A DNA stretch of 63,877 nt, the filler included, from Octopus bimaculoides (taxonomy: Eukaryota): NCBI RefSeq assembly GCF_001194135.2. It is 4 parts of 4 records of this genome, joined end to end, with 100 filler letters (N's around TTAATTAATTAA, not from the genome) between each part and the next. Parts side by side here need not be neighbours in the genome. Positions count along the whole stretch, not along the records: positions 1 to 9,601 come from NC_068984.1; positions 9,702 to 32,822 come from NC_068991.1; 2 more parts are not named here. One strand, written 5' to 3'. The notes below the pieces were generated by a model. That model had not been told where the DNA came from and did no database searches. It was given only the letters and a program-made list of their open reading frames with translations. Shown one piece after another: positions 1 to 13,599 of this stretch; within the stretch, counting starts at the first letter, position 1, and the number at the start of each line of letters is the position of its first letter. A program made the translations under genes and the position numbers.

Positions 1-345
1 CTATTTATTCCCTTCGTTAAATTGTTTAGGTATCTGAGGTGATTATTTCTTAATGGTGATTTATGAAACTTCACGTTTTTCACTATTGACCACAGTTCTT
101 CTTCAAATTGTTTTAGTTTTGGGTTAGTTGGTGGGTAGTTCTTGGATTTGAATAGTTTTTTAAAATCTGAGTATGGATCCTTGTTTTTTTGTAGGTCCTT
201 CTTGTTGTCGAAGAAGTAGGTTATCCATCTCACTCGGTTTATAAAAGAGTTAGTCTTACTGATAAGCTGTTTAAGGAATGTATTCTTTGGTGGAATGGGT
301 ATGTCCTTAAGTGATGCGTTGATGTTGAATAACTCCATTTGTGGT
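1..345 (-). mobile_element. Penelope-like element, N-terminal ORF fragment
   Basis: Manual minus-strand translation is open to the window edge: SLKDIPIPPKNTFLKQLISKTNSFINRVRWITYFF...FEEELWSIVKNVKF. Same motif as the 52640-53010 fragment. Confidence 0.6.
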
Positions 346-952
346 AACTATTATAATAGCAGGTTTTATTATGGACCTGTTTAAATTATATTTAATTATA
401 TGAAACGCAGTATTAACCCAATTTATAATGCCTTTTTATTACATAACAATCCTCTCCAAAAATTTTTTTTTTTTTTTTTTNNNNNNNNNNNNNNNNNNNN
501 NNNNNNNNNNNNNNNNNNNNNNNNNNNNNNNNNNNNNNNNNNNNNNNNNNNNNNNNNNNNNNNNNNNNNNNNNNNNNNNNNNNNNNNNNNNNNNNNNNNN
601 NNNNNNNNNNNNNNNNNNNNNNNNNNNNNNNNNNNNNNNNNNNNNNNNNNNNNNNNNNNNNNNNNNNNNNNNNNNNNNNNNNNNNNNNNNNNNNNNNNNN
701 NNNNNNNNNNNNNNNNNNNNNNNNNNNNNNNNNNNNNNNNNNNNNNNNNNNNNNNNNNNNNNNNNNNNNNNNNNNNNNNNNNNNNNNNNNNNNNNNNNNN
801 NNNNNNNNNNNNNNNNNNNNNNNNNNNNNNNNNNNNNNNNNNNNNNNNNNNNNNNNNNNNNNNNNNNNNNNNNNNNNNNNNNNNNNNNNNNNNNNNNNNN
901 NNNNNNNNNNNNNNNNNNNNNNNNNNNNNNNNNNNNNNNNNNNNNNNNNNNN

Positions 953-997
<45 letters not shown>

Positions 998-998
<1 letters not shown>

Positions 999-2180
999 TT
1001 TTAAGGAAAAGAACCAAGGTTCATGAACTCATCGATGAGTTTTTACACTCAGACGCAGCTCCTCACACATCTGCAGCAGAAGCATGCCATTACTATGACA
1101 CTTTCCCACCCAAGCTTTCCAATTACAGTCCATGTGTTAAAATCCCTACCCCCTCTAGCATTAAAGTCACCCAGCACGATGACTTTGTCTGTCCTAGGGA
1201 TGTTTCTTATAATGCCCTTCAAAGCATGGTAGAAAGAAACTTTTTCGTCATTAGTAGAGCACATAGTTGGAGCATACACACTCACCAAGGTCACCAAGGT
1301 CCTTTAACCAAAGCAATTCTCATGGACATAGACGCTCATTAATCCCGACTGCGAATTCTTCCAACTTGTCCACAAGAGTAGTCTTAACAGCAAATGCCAC
1401 TCCAGCCTCTCCTCTAAACTCTTCATTCCTTCCTTTCCAATAGAATGTATATTTTCCACAAGATTCTGTATGATGACCATCTCCAGCTAATCTCGTCTCA
1501 GATAAAGCAACGATGTCAAGATCATAGCATCGAAGCTCCTTTACAACAAGCGCAATCCTTCGTTCAGGACGTTCATAGCACTCGCGGTCAAGCAGCGTCC
1601 GTACATTCCAACAGCCAATATTCAATATTTTATTTGGTTCTATCACAGTAGCATGATGACGGCTGGGTTCAGACTGTGATGCTCTGGAGCCCCTGCCGGG
1701 CCAGACTCTTTCCTCTGATGTGGTTCCAGAGTCCTTACTGCCATTTATTTTTATACTGTTTTGGTACATCATTGATTATTTGCTTTTTAAGGCTCCAGCC
1801 AGCCATTCAGTTGAGACTCACAGCACTATCAACATTCATGAATTAGTTAATCAGTTTAATAAATCAATCATTGTTGTTATCGTGCAATGCCTGTGCAAGA
1901 AGATTGTCTTTTTTAAGTGAGGAAAGGCTGTGCACTGAGTCAATCTCACTCACTAAGCAACAGCAGCCATAATCCGAAAAGAGGAACAAGTCAACATCAT
2001 CGGTAACCACTGAGCCGCAGGTTTTATGTCGGAGTTATCCCAGTTGCCTGAGTCGCCTTCTCCTAGAAGGCTGCCCTAACAAAGGCTAGGGGTCCATCAC
2101 TCCCAATGGTTTAACCGCGCGATCAGGTATTCAGTCTGATTATTTCTATGTCCCTGCGCAAGATACAGCCGTATGCTGGG
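998..2180 (-). mobile_element. RTE-clade LINE, 5' UTR plus N-terminal AP endonuclease (inverted half)
   Basis: ORFs 1320-1772 and 1049-1297 contain LNIGCWNVRTL, DIVALSETRL, VSVYAPT and VIVLGDFNAR; frameshifted. The 5' boundary is approximate. Confidence 0.9.
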
Positions 2181-2670
2181 TAAAATAGTTATAAGGAAAA
2201 AAAAAAACATACGATATATAAAAATATTGATATACAAAATATACACAAAATATATGATATGAAGTATATAAAAATATACAATATATAAAATTACAGAGAA
2301 AAATGGGGATTTACAGCAAATATATATAATTACACATATATTGGATGGCCGGTGACTCTCAACAGTTCATCCGCCCCAAAGGGCGGACATACATACATAC
2401 ATACATACATACATACATTCCCTCATCAGTTATTGATTGAGATTCTATCTTTTCGCCATATTAATACAGAAACAAATGCATACAACATATGTATACACAT
2501 GTGTGTATAGCTATATATATATATGTATGTATATGCACACACACACACACACACATACACACACATGTAATTATAAAGATTTGCTTGAGTGTTTCTTTGT
2601 ATGTTTTTGTACGTGCATTTACATACATATGTGTCTGACGTCTTTATATATATATATAATAATATTAGGG

Positions 2671-5270
2671 ACAAAATCCAAAATTACAGGTAAAAACTCA
2701 TCTAAAGACTGGCATATTCTGGATTACATCCTTGTTAGGGTGCGTGACAGACGAGATGTACAGTGTGTTCGTGTTCTTCGTGGGGCTGAGTGTTGGACTG
2801 ACCACCGTCTAGTAGTGCCAAAGTGAAATTAGTCACAAAACGTAAAATCCGGGCTGTAGGGATCACCCTGCCTAAAGGACTGAATGTTGATCGTCTTAGG
2901 TGTAATAGTGTGAAGAGAACTTTACGAGAGAAAATGAATGTTGCAGATATTGGGGAGGATTGGCCGACCCTTAAAAAGTCAGTTTATGATATAGGCAGGA
3001 AAGTTCTGGGATTGATACAAAGAAAGCATCAAGATTGGTTTAAAGAAAATGATGAATATATAGATGATTTATTGACTGGTAAAAGACGTACTTTCTCACG
3101 CTATTTGCCAGCAAAGCTACAGGAGAGAGAAGTGTTGCATAGGGAACTCAATGATGAAAAATCACGTCTGAGGCGGAGGCTCTCTCAGATGAGGGATACG
3201 TGGTGGAGTAAGAAGGCTGATGAGATACAGGCGGCGTCGGATTCCAATAACACAAAGTTATTGTATGGTCTCTTGCGAGAAGTTTATGGATCGATTTCTC
3301 TGATGACACCACTTCGAAGCAGGGATGGTAAAGAACTTCGTGATTTACAAGGAATTCTGCGAAGGTGGTGAGAACACTTTGATGAACTTTTGAATCAGCA
3401 TTCTGTAGTTAGTGAGGATGTTCTCAATCTCATCCCTGGATTATTTGTGAAGGCGGCTCTCGCAGAACCACCAAAGTTGGAGGAAGTTGCAGTGGCTGTC
3501 TCAAGGATGAATTATGGGAGGTCTCCGAATATGGATGGCATACAGACGGAGTTGTTACAGCATGGTGGTGAGAAACTTCTGCAGCAACTTCACTCTTTGT
3601 TTGGTGGGATATGGGCTTCTGAATCTGTACCTGAGAACTGGAGAGATACAATAATGGTGGTCTTATATAATGGAAAGGAAAACAGGAATGATTGTGGTAA
3701 CTATTGGGGAATATCATTGCTTTCTGTCGTAGGAAAGTTTTATGCAGGGTACTTCTGGATCGTCTGCTGAAACACGTTGCAGATTGAGTTCTTCCAGAAA
3801 GTCAATCTGGTTTTCGTGTGGGACGCGGCACTGCTGATGTGATCTTCTCAGCTAGACAGTTTCAGGAAAAGTGTGTGGAACAGGGTCTCGATTTCTATCA
3901 GGTTTTTGTCGATCTGACAAAAGCTTTTGATACCGTTAATAGAAATACACCGTGGAAAGTCCTCCAGAAACTTGGGTGTCCTGAAAAGTTCCTTTCTTTG
4001 GTTAGGACTTTTCTTGATGATATGAAGGGTAGGGTTAATGTTAGAGGTAAAATGTCGGGGCCTGTCTCAATACAAATGGAGTGAAACAGGGGGATATTCT
4101 GCCATATATTTTGCGATGGTTTTCTGTATTGCATTCAGAAACTGCAGATATGGTGTTTACATCCATTATCGAACCTCTGGCAGCATATATAATATCAGGC
4201 GCTTTGCTGCAAAAACAATGGTATTTACCTCTATCATAAGAGACCTTCTGTGTGCAGATGATTGTGATCTAGTAGCGCACACAGAGATTGATATGCAACA
4301 CATTTTGAATGCATTCTCTGATGCTTGCACTGCCTTAGGATTGACAGTCAGTCTCAAGAAAACTGTTGTCATGTACCGACCTGACCCTGGTAAGCAGTAT
4401 AGTGAACCAAATATCTATGTATATGGTAAACGACTTGATGTGGTTGATCAGTTTGTCTACCTGGGAAGCACTGTTAATAGATATAGCAATTTGGATAATG
4501 AAATTCCATGCAGAATTAGGAAAGCAAGTGATGCTTTCGGAAGGCTAGAAAGGCGTCTCTGGAGTCGGCGAGACATATGCAGGAAGAGAGAGATAATGGT
4601 GTACAAGGCATGTGTGCTCTCTTATTTTCTTTATGCCTGCGAGACGTGGGTCACATATCGATACCACCTTAAACAACTGGAACGTTTCCATCAGATGTGT
4701 CTCAGACAGATCTATGACATTAAGTGGGAAGACCATATCAGTGATCTTGAAATATTGGAAAGCTCTCAGTGTGAAAGTATAGAAGCTGTTGTGTTAAAGC
4801 AAAGGCTCAGATGGAGGGGTCATCTGGTCAGGATGAAGGATTCAAAGATGCCAAAACAACTCTTTTATGGAGAGTTAGCTAAAGGAGAACGACCTCTATA
4901 TAAACCAAAAAAAGAGGTATAAGGACTTGCTGAAGGCTTCCTTAAGAAATGCTTGCACCTCTCCTGGCACATGGGAGGGCATAGCTATTGACCGTTGCAG
5001 GTGGAGAAGGATTGTGAACGAGGGGACACTTACTTTTGAGAAATCTCGAGTTGCGCATGAGAAAGTTAGGAGGGATGTCAGGAAGGGCATCGCTGTTGCA
5101 CTTCCAGATGGTAAGGGTCTTCCTATGATGCTGATATGCAGTGTATGTGCAAGCCCCTGCTTCAGTAAAGCTGGACTCAAGAGTCATCTTCGTAGTCATA
5201 AAGTGAGACAGATGATTTACAACCAGGCCGCTGGTTGTTACGGGGATGTAAACGAACCAAAACACACACA
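2671..5270 (+). mobile_element. RTE-clade LINE, end of endonuclease plus reverse transcriptase and 3' end (degenerate)
   Basis: SKDWHILDYILVR and CWTDHRLV (EN); GISLLS, FVDLTKAFDTVNR, LLCADDCDL and FVYLGS (RT); C-terminal CSVC..HLRSH; short (AC)n tail. Multiple stops and frameshifts. Confidence 0.92.
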
Positions 5271-6320
5271 CACACGATGGTCTGCAGCACAGTTTCCGTT
5301 TTGCCAAATTCATTCACAAGACATTGGTTGAGCCGGGGCCATAAGCATGGCACTTGTACAGGTGGCATGCAGTGAGACTGAACTTGAAACCACGTGCACC
5401 TGCTTGCAAAGCGGGCTTCTTAACCTCACAGCCATATGTATGCATTAAATATCTATACATTTATGCTCATGTCCCTGTTTTGTCTTGCCCATGCCCTAAT
5501 CTTCTCTTTTATCACGTACTTTTTCCATTGTATCGTTAGGTAGATTTTTCATTAACATTGTTTTTCCTTTTCGTTTGTTAACCGCCATTTTCCTCATCTT
5601 CATCCACTCTTTTCTTTCTCCACTTTCTCTCCCTTTCTTTCTCACGCTCTCTCTATTCCCTCCTCTCACTCTCCACTTTTCTCTTCCCTTTCTCTACCTG
5701 ACATTTCTTGTCTCCCCTGATGCCTTGCTCTTTACTCTGTAATCCCTCTTCCCCTTGTGCTCTGTCTCCTCACAATTCCATCCGCGCTTGTAATGTTATA
5801 TTGCAGTTTTATAAATTAGTATATCTTTAAATAAATCGGCTTAATATTTATCTAACAAGACGGTTGTATTATATTACATTCCGGTTACTTGTAACTTTAG
5901 AGTAGAAATTTGTTTCAGTAGGTGATTTTTGAAATCAGGTGATTTTTTTTCGTAATACTTGGATGATAATGCTGTTGTACAACATCAATAAAAGATGACT
6001 TCGTGAGATGATGAACGGCGATATACTTGCTTGGCAGTGTTAAAAGATTGAAATGGATTACCTTAAGATATCTACTCACTTATATACATGCATTGACATA
6101 CACACATAATATACACAGATACACACAGACTATACATATAAATCCACATGCACGCACACGCACACGCACACGTGCATACATGTACGTTTGTGTGTATATA
6201 TGTATATATGTATGTATGCATGTATGTATATATACCTACATTTGTATACCAAAATATATAAATACATATATAAATATATATATAAAAATACATACAAATA
6301 TATATATGCGTGTGTGTGTA

Positions 6321-6351
<31 letters not shown>

Positions 6352-6377
6352 TTCCATCCATCCATCCATACACCACA

Positions 6378-6430
<53 letters not shown>

Positions 6431-7084
6431 GCACGTTCGATTACACTCAGACTTGGGAAGACCTTTTGCTGCGAAAGTTGTCTCAGACGAAACATTCTCC
6501 TCCTAGACGACATGATGCAGTTAAATACATTAGGTAGCGCATGACATTATTGAATCGTAGGACGCACGTGTTTCTGCGTTGCTACGCGTCATTAGCTACG
6601 GATACCAAATCCGCCTTTCACAACTCGCGGCTTTATGCGACTTCATTTCATTGGTTTTAGCCTGACCAAGCTTTACGCACATCAGTAAATGTAAAGCCTG
6701 CTGTATAAATATAAGAATCTATTTTTTTGTTTGCCTTTTTTGCTAGGGAATGAGGTGAAATGCAGATTCAGCACTCATGTCTGATGATACACGACAACAC
6801 GGAAATATACGCGTCATACAATCCGGTGACGTCATTCTCATCCATATATGTTATCACACACGTCATCTAGGAAGTGAATTTTCTCTTGAGACTATTTCCG
6901 CAGCGATAGGTCCGAGTATATTCGAACGTGTTAAATCGTGATTAATATAACATGACGATCCTGTGGCAAAGAATTCTATATATGAAATCACAGTAGTGGA
7001 GAACTAAACAATTTACCATTTCTAGGGTATGATAGAGAGTAAGGAGACTGAGTAGGTTCGTCATCAAAACGTATGTATGAAATT

Positions 7085-7262
7085 TGTGGGGAGGGGTTAA
7101 GTGGATTACATCGGCCCCAGTGCTGAAGTGGATCTTATTTTCTCGACCCTGAACGGATGAAAGGCAAAGTCGATCTCGACGGAATTTGAACTCAGAACGA
7201 AAAGATAGAGGGAATGCCACTAAACATTTTGCCCGGTGTCCTAACGATTGTACCACCACCTC
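7085..7262 (-). mobile_element. SINE (abundant family in this window)
   Basis: Contains GAAAGGCAAAGTCGA..CGGAATTTGAACTCAGAACG, shared with copies at 23268, ~33960-34130, 50445-50945 and 61285-61470. Confidence 0.7.
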
Positions 7263-7323
7263 GCCGTCTTAATGTCTGTGTATGTGTGTGCGTGTATTTA
7301 TATATATTCAAAAATATGCATAT

Positions 7324-7364
<41 letters not shown>

Positions 7365-8776
7365 NNNNNNNNNNNNNNNNNNNNNNNNNNNNNNNNNNNN
7401 NNNNNNNNNNNNNNNNNNNNNNNNNNNNNNNNNNNNNNNNNNNNNNNNNNNNNNNNNNNNNNNNNNNNNNNNNNNNNNNNNNNNNNNNNNNNNNNNNNNN
7501 NNNNNNNNNNNNNNNNNNNNNNNNNNNNNNNNNNNNNNNNNNNNNNNNNNNNNNNNNNNNNNNNNNNNNNNNNNNNNNNNNNNNNNNNNNNNNNNNNNNN
7601 NNNNNNNNNNNNNNNNNNNNNNNNNNNNNNNNNNNNNNNNNNNNNNNNNNNNNNNNNNNNNNNNNNNNNNNNNNNNNNNNNNNNNNNNNNNNNNNNNNNN
7701 NNNNNNNNNNNNNNNNNNNNNNNNNNNNNNNNNNNNNNNNNNNNNNNNNNNNNNNNNNNNNNNNNNNNNNNNNNNNNNNNNNNNNNNNNNNNNNNNNNNN
7801 NNNNNNNNNNNNNNNNNNNNNNNNNNNNNNNNNNNNNNNNNNNNNNNNNNNNNNNNNNNNNNNNNNNNNNNNNNNNNNNNNNNNNNNNNNNNNNNNNNNN
7901 NNNNNNNNNNNNNNNNNNNNNNNNNNNNNNNNNNNNNNNNNNNNNNNNNNNNNNNNNNNNNNNNNNNNNNNNNNNNNNNNNNNNNNNNNNNNNNNNNNNN
8001 NNNNNNNNNNNNNNNNNNNNNNNNNNNNNNNNNNNNNNNNNNNNNNNNNNNNNNNNNNNNNNNNNNNNNNNNNNNNNNNNNNNNNNNNNNNNNNNNNNNN
8101 NNNNNNNNNNNNNNNNNNNNNNNNNNNNNNNNNNNNNNNNNNNNNNNNNNNNNNNNNNNNNNNNNNNNNNNNNNNNNNNNNNNNNNNNNNNNNNNNNNNN
8201 NNNNNNNNNNNNNNNNNNNNNNNNNNNNNNNNNNNNNNNNNNNNNNNNNNNNNNNNNNNNNNNNNNNNNNNNNNNNNNNNNNNNNNNNNNNNNNNNNNNN
8301 NNNNNNNNNNNNNNNNNNNNNNNNNNNNNNNNNNNNNNNNNNNATATATATATATTTGTAGCATACACCTACATATGCTCAAAAGCACGCACACACTTAC
8401 ACGCACAACTAGTACACACACACATACACGTACGTATGTATGTATGTATATATGTTTGTATGTATGTACGTATGTATGTACGCATGTATGTATGTATGTA
8501 TACATCTATGTATGTATGTAAACGTACGTACACACATATCTGCAGAGATACACTTAGCTAACGTTTATATTATTTTTATTCTTCTATTGAAAGTTAGTTG
8601 GAATAGTTGCAGATGTTTTTAAAATATTGTATAATCACACTCGATGTGTTTTTGTTGTCGTTTCTCATGCCATGAAAAGGTGAGGTGTCATAAGAAAACT
8701 TCAACTTTGCTGTTACGTTTTGACATTTTTATTTTTGAGACATAAAATCCATAGACGAACATAACAACACAACAAC

Positions 8777-8790
8777 AACACAACATCACA

Positions 8791-8828
<38 letters not shown>

Positions 8829-8884
8829 TAATAATAATAATAATAATAGTAATAATAGTAATAATAATAATAATAATAATAGTA

Positions 8885-8925
<41 letters not shown>
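8777..8925. repeat. Long (AAT)n microsatellite
   Basis: Direct reading; occasional AGT/GAT variants. Confidence 0.95.
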
Positions 8926-8926
<1 letters not shown>

Positions 8927-9049
8927 TCAGTTAAAAAGTGATAAAATACAATAAAACAACAATAATAATAGAAATGGAGTCTTTGTCTATATACATATAT
9001 ATACGTATGTTTAGATGTATATACTGAAATATAAATATATATGCATGTA

Positions 9050-9088
<39 letters not shown>

Positions 9089-9179
9089 TTATCTATCTAT
9101 CTGTCTATTTATCTATCTATCTGTCTGTCTGTCTGTCTGTCTGCCTGTTTATCTATCTATCTATCTCTCTCTCTTTCTC

Positions 9180-9243
<64 letters not shown>

Positions 9244-9556
9244 CACACATACACATACACACATTTACACAAACACACTCACACAAACATATACACATAT
9301 GTAGCCCCAGACTCACGCAAAGGAAGCATACACACATTTGCGCACACGCATAATTTAATACATGCTAATGTATGTGTAATTTTATGTCTGGGTATGCTGG
9401 TCATTGAGTTTTTTGTTTTGTTTTTGTTGTCCATTATGTTGATTTGCTCAATTGTTCCTGCAAATACTTAGTCTTTAATATTTCAACTGAATTATTATAT
9501 TGGCATGTGAAACGAGGATGCATTGTCGTTAAGTAACTTAACATAATTGAATGCAG

Positions 9557-9601
<45 letters not shown>

Positions 9602-9701
9602 NNNNNNNNNNNNNNNNNNNNNNNNNNNNNNNNNNNNNNNNNNNNTTAATTAATTAANNNNNNNNNNNNNNNNNNNNNNNNNNNNNNNNNNNNNNNNNNN
9701 N

Positions 9702-9872
9702 GTGAAGTGAAAGCACGTTATAAAAATAAAACTACTGAATAATAATAATAATAATAATGAAAAGAAGAAGAAGAAGAAGAAGAAGAAGAAGAAGAAGAAG
9801 AAGAAGAAGAAGAAGAAGAAGAAGAAGAAGAAGATGAAGAAGAAGAAGAAGAAGAAGAAGAAGAAGAAGAAG
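9702..9872 (+). repeat. R4/Dong-like 3' terminus with (AAT)n tail, followed by a (GAA)n tract
   Basis: GTGAAGTGAAAGCACGTTATAAAAATAAAACTACTGAATAATAAT matches the 3' end at ~11720-11760. Confidence 0.75.
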
Positions 9873-10860
9873 AATGGGATTTCCCAATCCAAACAGATCA
9901 GGTGTTAGAGCATAACAGACCGGATGTAGTGGTGGTGGACAAGGCGCACCACATATGCTATATAGTTGATGCTGCATGCTCCTCTGACCCACGAATAGTC
10001 AGGAAGGAAAGCAAAAAGATAGATAAATACAGCATGGAAGGAGAAAAATGTCCGGTCAATTTTCAAGAGATGTGAACGCCAAGACAGATACAGAGGACCG
10101 GTGGCTATGAATGAGGAGTAGTGACTTATGCGCAGCTCAAGAACACGCGTTAAGTGCAGAATAGACAACACTACCGACAGCGACTAATGCAGAATGTATG
10201 CAAGAGGGGTGACACTGTATGGTACATCGTTAGCGAATGCCCGAAAGTGGCACAACGTGAATACAAAAGACACTATGGCAATGTGAGAAGAATGATCCAT
10301 TGGGAGCTCTGTGGAAAATCACGGATTACAAAGAGCAAAAACGTGGTATGAGAAAATCCCAGAAGGAATAATCGAAAATGAGAATTGCAAATACTGTGGG
10401 ATGCAATGATTCAGTGCCATCACATGACCAGATATAGGAGACCGGACATTGTTCTGGTGAATAAAAAAGAAAGAACATGCATGATAATCGACATAGCATG
10501 CCCCAATGACAACAGGATTAATGAAAAAGAAGAAAAAATAAGCAACTACGACAGTTTGAAGTGGGAAGGTTGTGGTCAATGAGGAGAGTAGACGTGATAC
10601 CAATAGTAATTGGCACACTTGGAAGTATCAGCACTCGACTACCAACATGGTTGGAAAAGATTGGTGCAAGTATGAAGGTAGAACACCTACAGAAACCAGC
10701 ATTGCTTGGAACTGCAAGAATTCTTCGCAGGATTATTGAAGTATGACCAGTAAACAAGTGTCACCTTAGTCTGCAGGCTGTGGACAGTTGACACTTGCCA
10801 CAATAGCCAGCTAAATAAGCTGTGAGTTTTCATCAAATAATGATGATGATGATGATGATA
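9873..10860 (+). mobile_element. R4/Dong-like non-LTR element, C-terminal CCHC and REL endonuclease fragments
   Basis: HNRPDVVVVD; CRM...IVSECPKVAQREYKRH; RRPDIVLVNKKERTCMIIDIACP; PIVIGTLG...ALLGTARILRR. Confidence 0.85.
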
Positions 10861-10869
10861 ATTCTAGAC

Positions 10870-11753
10870 GAACAGAAATAATGCAGGAAACAAAGTAGGG
10901 CAACAGAAGATCACTTATTAGTTGATAATTAAAAATTGTAGACGCAGATTGATGGGACTGAATGTAGCATGGCTAGATTACAAAAAAAAAACAAAAAAAA
11001 AAACATGACCACGCAGTTGGATACGTAATTGGTATAACAAAAACATAGAGAAAATGTTCAATGAAAGTAAGAAACATTGGAATACTGAAATGATCGGAGG
11101 AAAACAAAAACTCGAAAAAGTGAACATCAGACATGGAATATTCCAAGGTGATAGCTTATCTCCATTACTATTCGTATTGGCCATGACACCGTTCACTATG
11201 ATACTACGAAAAGTTTAAATTGCTTACAATTTGGAAAAAGGAAATGGTCAGAGAAATCATCTCCTTTTCATGGATGATATAAAGGTTTACGCGAAAAATG
11301 AGAAACAGCTTGAAAGTCTTGTACATACTATCTGCATTTTCACAGAAAACGAGAAAGCAACCATACTCTGGGATATGCCAATACACAGAGATAGAGAAAT
11401 TAAGTCCAATAGGCCAGATATAGTTGTCAAAGATCATGAAGGAAAAAAATGCTTTCTAATTGCTGTATCAATNNNNNNNNNNNNNNNNNNNNNNNNNNNN
11501 NNNNNNNNNNNATCATAGTAGGTGCCTTAGGTATAATAAAGAAATATTCAGACAAATACATAACAAAAACACCAGAACTTACAAATAAATATAACATACA
11601 GAAAATTGCACTACTGGGCACTGCACACATCCTACGCAAAACACTTTCAATACAGTAACCATAAGAGCATCACAGCAAACCACAGCACATACCCAAGGCA
11701 CACAGAGCTGCGCTCTGTAGTGAAGTAAAAGCACGTTATAAAAATAAAACTAT

Positions 11754-11818
<65 letters not shown>

Positions 11819-11835
11819 CATAATAATAATAATAA
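10870..11835 (+). mobile_element. R4/Dong-like element, internally deleted (RT joined to REL domain), with (AAT)n tail
   Basis: GIFQGDSLSPLLF, NHLLFMDDIKVYA, SNRPDIVVKD, IALLGTAHILRK; 3' UTR then (AAT)n. Confidence 0.85.
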
Positions 11836-13575
11836 GCACCAGGTATGGGTACAAAGTTTATAATACTATAATGAACCATCTATTTTACATGGACGATCTG
11901 AAGCTGTTCGCTAGAAATGACCAAGAGCTGGCAGGGCTGCTAACAACTGTTAAAGAGTTTAGGAATAACATCAGGATGGATTTGGCTTCGATAAGTGTGC
12001 TAAAGCAACTTTTGTAAGAGGCAAGCTCAGACAAACAGTTTCCATTGAATAAGATACCGACGCTACCATCAAGGAACTTGACTCACAAGAAAGTTACAAA
12101 TACCTGGGGATAAACGAAGATGGTATACAACGTGCTACTATGAAGGAAAAAATAAGAAAGGGGTACTACAGGAGAATAAGAACCATACTGAAAGCTGGAC
12201 TCAACTCGAAAAATCGCATCGAAGTAATTCACACTCTGGCACTTCCAGTAGTCCAATACAGTTTTAACATCATTAATTGGAATCCTACGGAGCTCCAACG
12301 CCTGTACAGGAAGACAAATAAACTACTAACATCTAACAACATGCACCACCCAAAAGTAGTCGTTGATCGTCTGTGTCTACCTAGAAGTAATGGGAGAAGA
12401 GGAATGATGCAGGTAGAACCGTGCTTTAAGACCTCCACAAGAGCAATGAACAGGTACTTATCTAGTACAGTCGACTGGATGCTGCGGCTTGTGTGCAAAT
12501 GCGAAAGCAGCATAAAGTCACATTCTATTGTCAACGAAGCTTGCAAATTCGCAAGGGAACTTGACATTAACCCTTAATTAGATGAAGAACCTGAAACTAC
12601 TGCCACCAATCAAGCAAAACGGATCAAGTAGACTGCAAAAAAAGAACGGCAGAAACAAATTGAGGAGTGGTGGAGTCAGAAGCCTCTTCATGGGCAGTAT
12701 ATACTTTGAAGCCGAAATGCTGATGTAGACTAAGCAACAACCCATCAGTGGCTGAGAAGCCCAGAACTGAAAGCAGATACTGGAGGCTTCATATTGGCGG
12801 CACAAGATCAAAGCTTGCTTACCAGAAACTATCGGGCTAACGTTCTTTAAAACGGTTCTGACTATAGACCGTCTAGTTTCGGGATGTCCTGTGCCGACAC
12901 CAAACGAATACAAAAATCGCCTCGATAGGGTAGGACAGCATTTACATTGGAAAATATATAAGCACTACAAAATCGGTACTTCTGCTTACTGGTATGAACA
13001 TCATCCTGAGCCAGTTGTTGAAGGTAAAAATCTTCTGGGATTTTCCAGTCAACACGGACAGAACGATCCAGGCGAATCGACCAGACATAGTTATTAAAGA
13101 CAGGGAAGAAAATACTAGTAGACTAATAGGTGTAAGTGTTCCCACTGATAAAAATATATCTGTAAAGGAATTTGACAAATTAAGTAAATATAAGGACCTG
13201 GGAATTGAAATACAAAAGATGTGGCATCCCAAAACAAGAACTGTTCCTGTTATTGTAGGTGCTCTAAGTATAATATAAAAAGGAATGTCAGAAGCAGCTA
13301 GATAACATCCCAGGTGAACCAAGTCTCAGAGAAATCCAAAAGATTGTGCTGACAAGGACTGCCCACATCCTTAGAAAAACCATACCAATTTGAGTGTCTG
13401 CTTTGTATTACATGAAGATATTTCGCTACTGCCGCTGCCACTTCCCCTCCCTAAGCTTTCAGTCATCTGTAACATTTCTATCCTTCACTCACTCTAGGGC
13501 GCTGGTTGTGTCTCGCCAAGTGATTGTAATAAACATACAGATTAAAAGTAAATAACAATAATAATAATAATAATA
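11836..13575 (+). mobile_element. 5'-truncated R4/Dong-like element
   Basis: NHLFYMDDLKLFA, KYLGI, NSKNRIEVIHTLALPVVQYSF, ANRPDIVIKD, EFDKLSKYKDL, VPVIVGAL; ends in (AAT)n. Confidence 0.88.
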
Positions 13576-13599
13576 CAAAAGTATACAAAAGTGCTCTAG

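Noticed and set aside
400-1026. Long ORFs spanning N gaps (also 7192-8561, 16379-17644, 19066-19947, 44813-45390)
   Set aside because: Open only because N codons contain no stops.
6430-6510. HVRLHSDLGRPFAAKV resembling a C2H2 zinc-finger linker
   Set aside because: No cysteines in the right places, a stop follows, and there are no splice signals or neighbouring fingers.
6027-6544. HT/YI/CV-repeat ORFs (also 9015-9353, 45937-46235, 48836-49830, 52373-52639)
   Set aside because: Translations of dinucleotide and tetranucleotide microsatellites.
9646-9657. TTAATTAATTAA embedded in N runs (also 32867-32878 and 51984-51995)
   Set aside because: An identical palindromic six-frame-stop 12-mer centred in gaps is an artificial scaffolding spacer, not biology.
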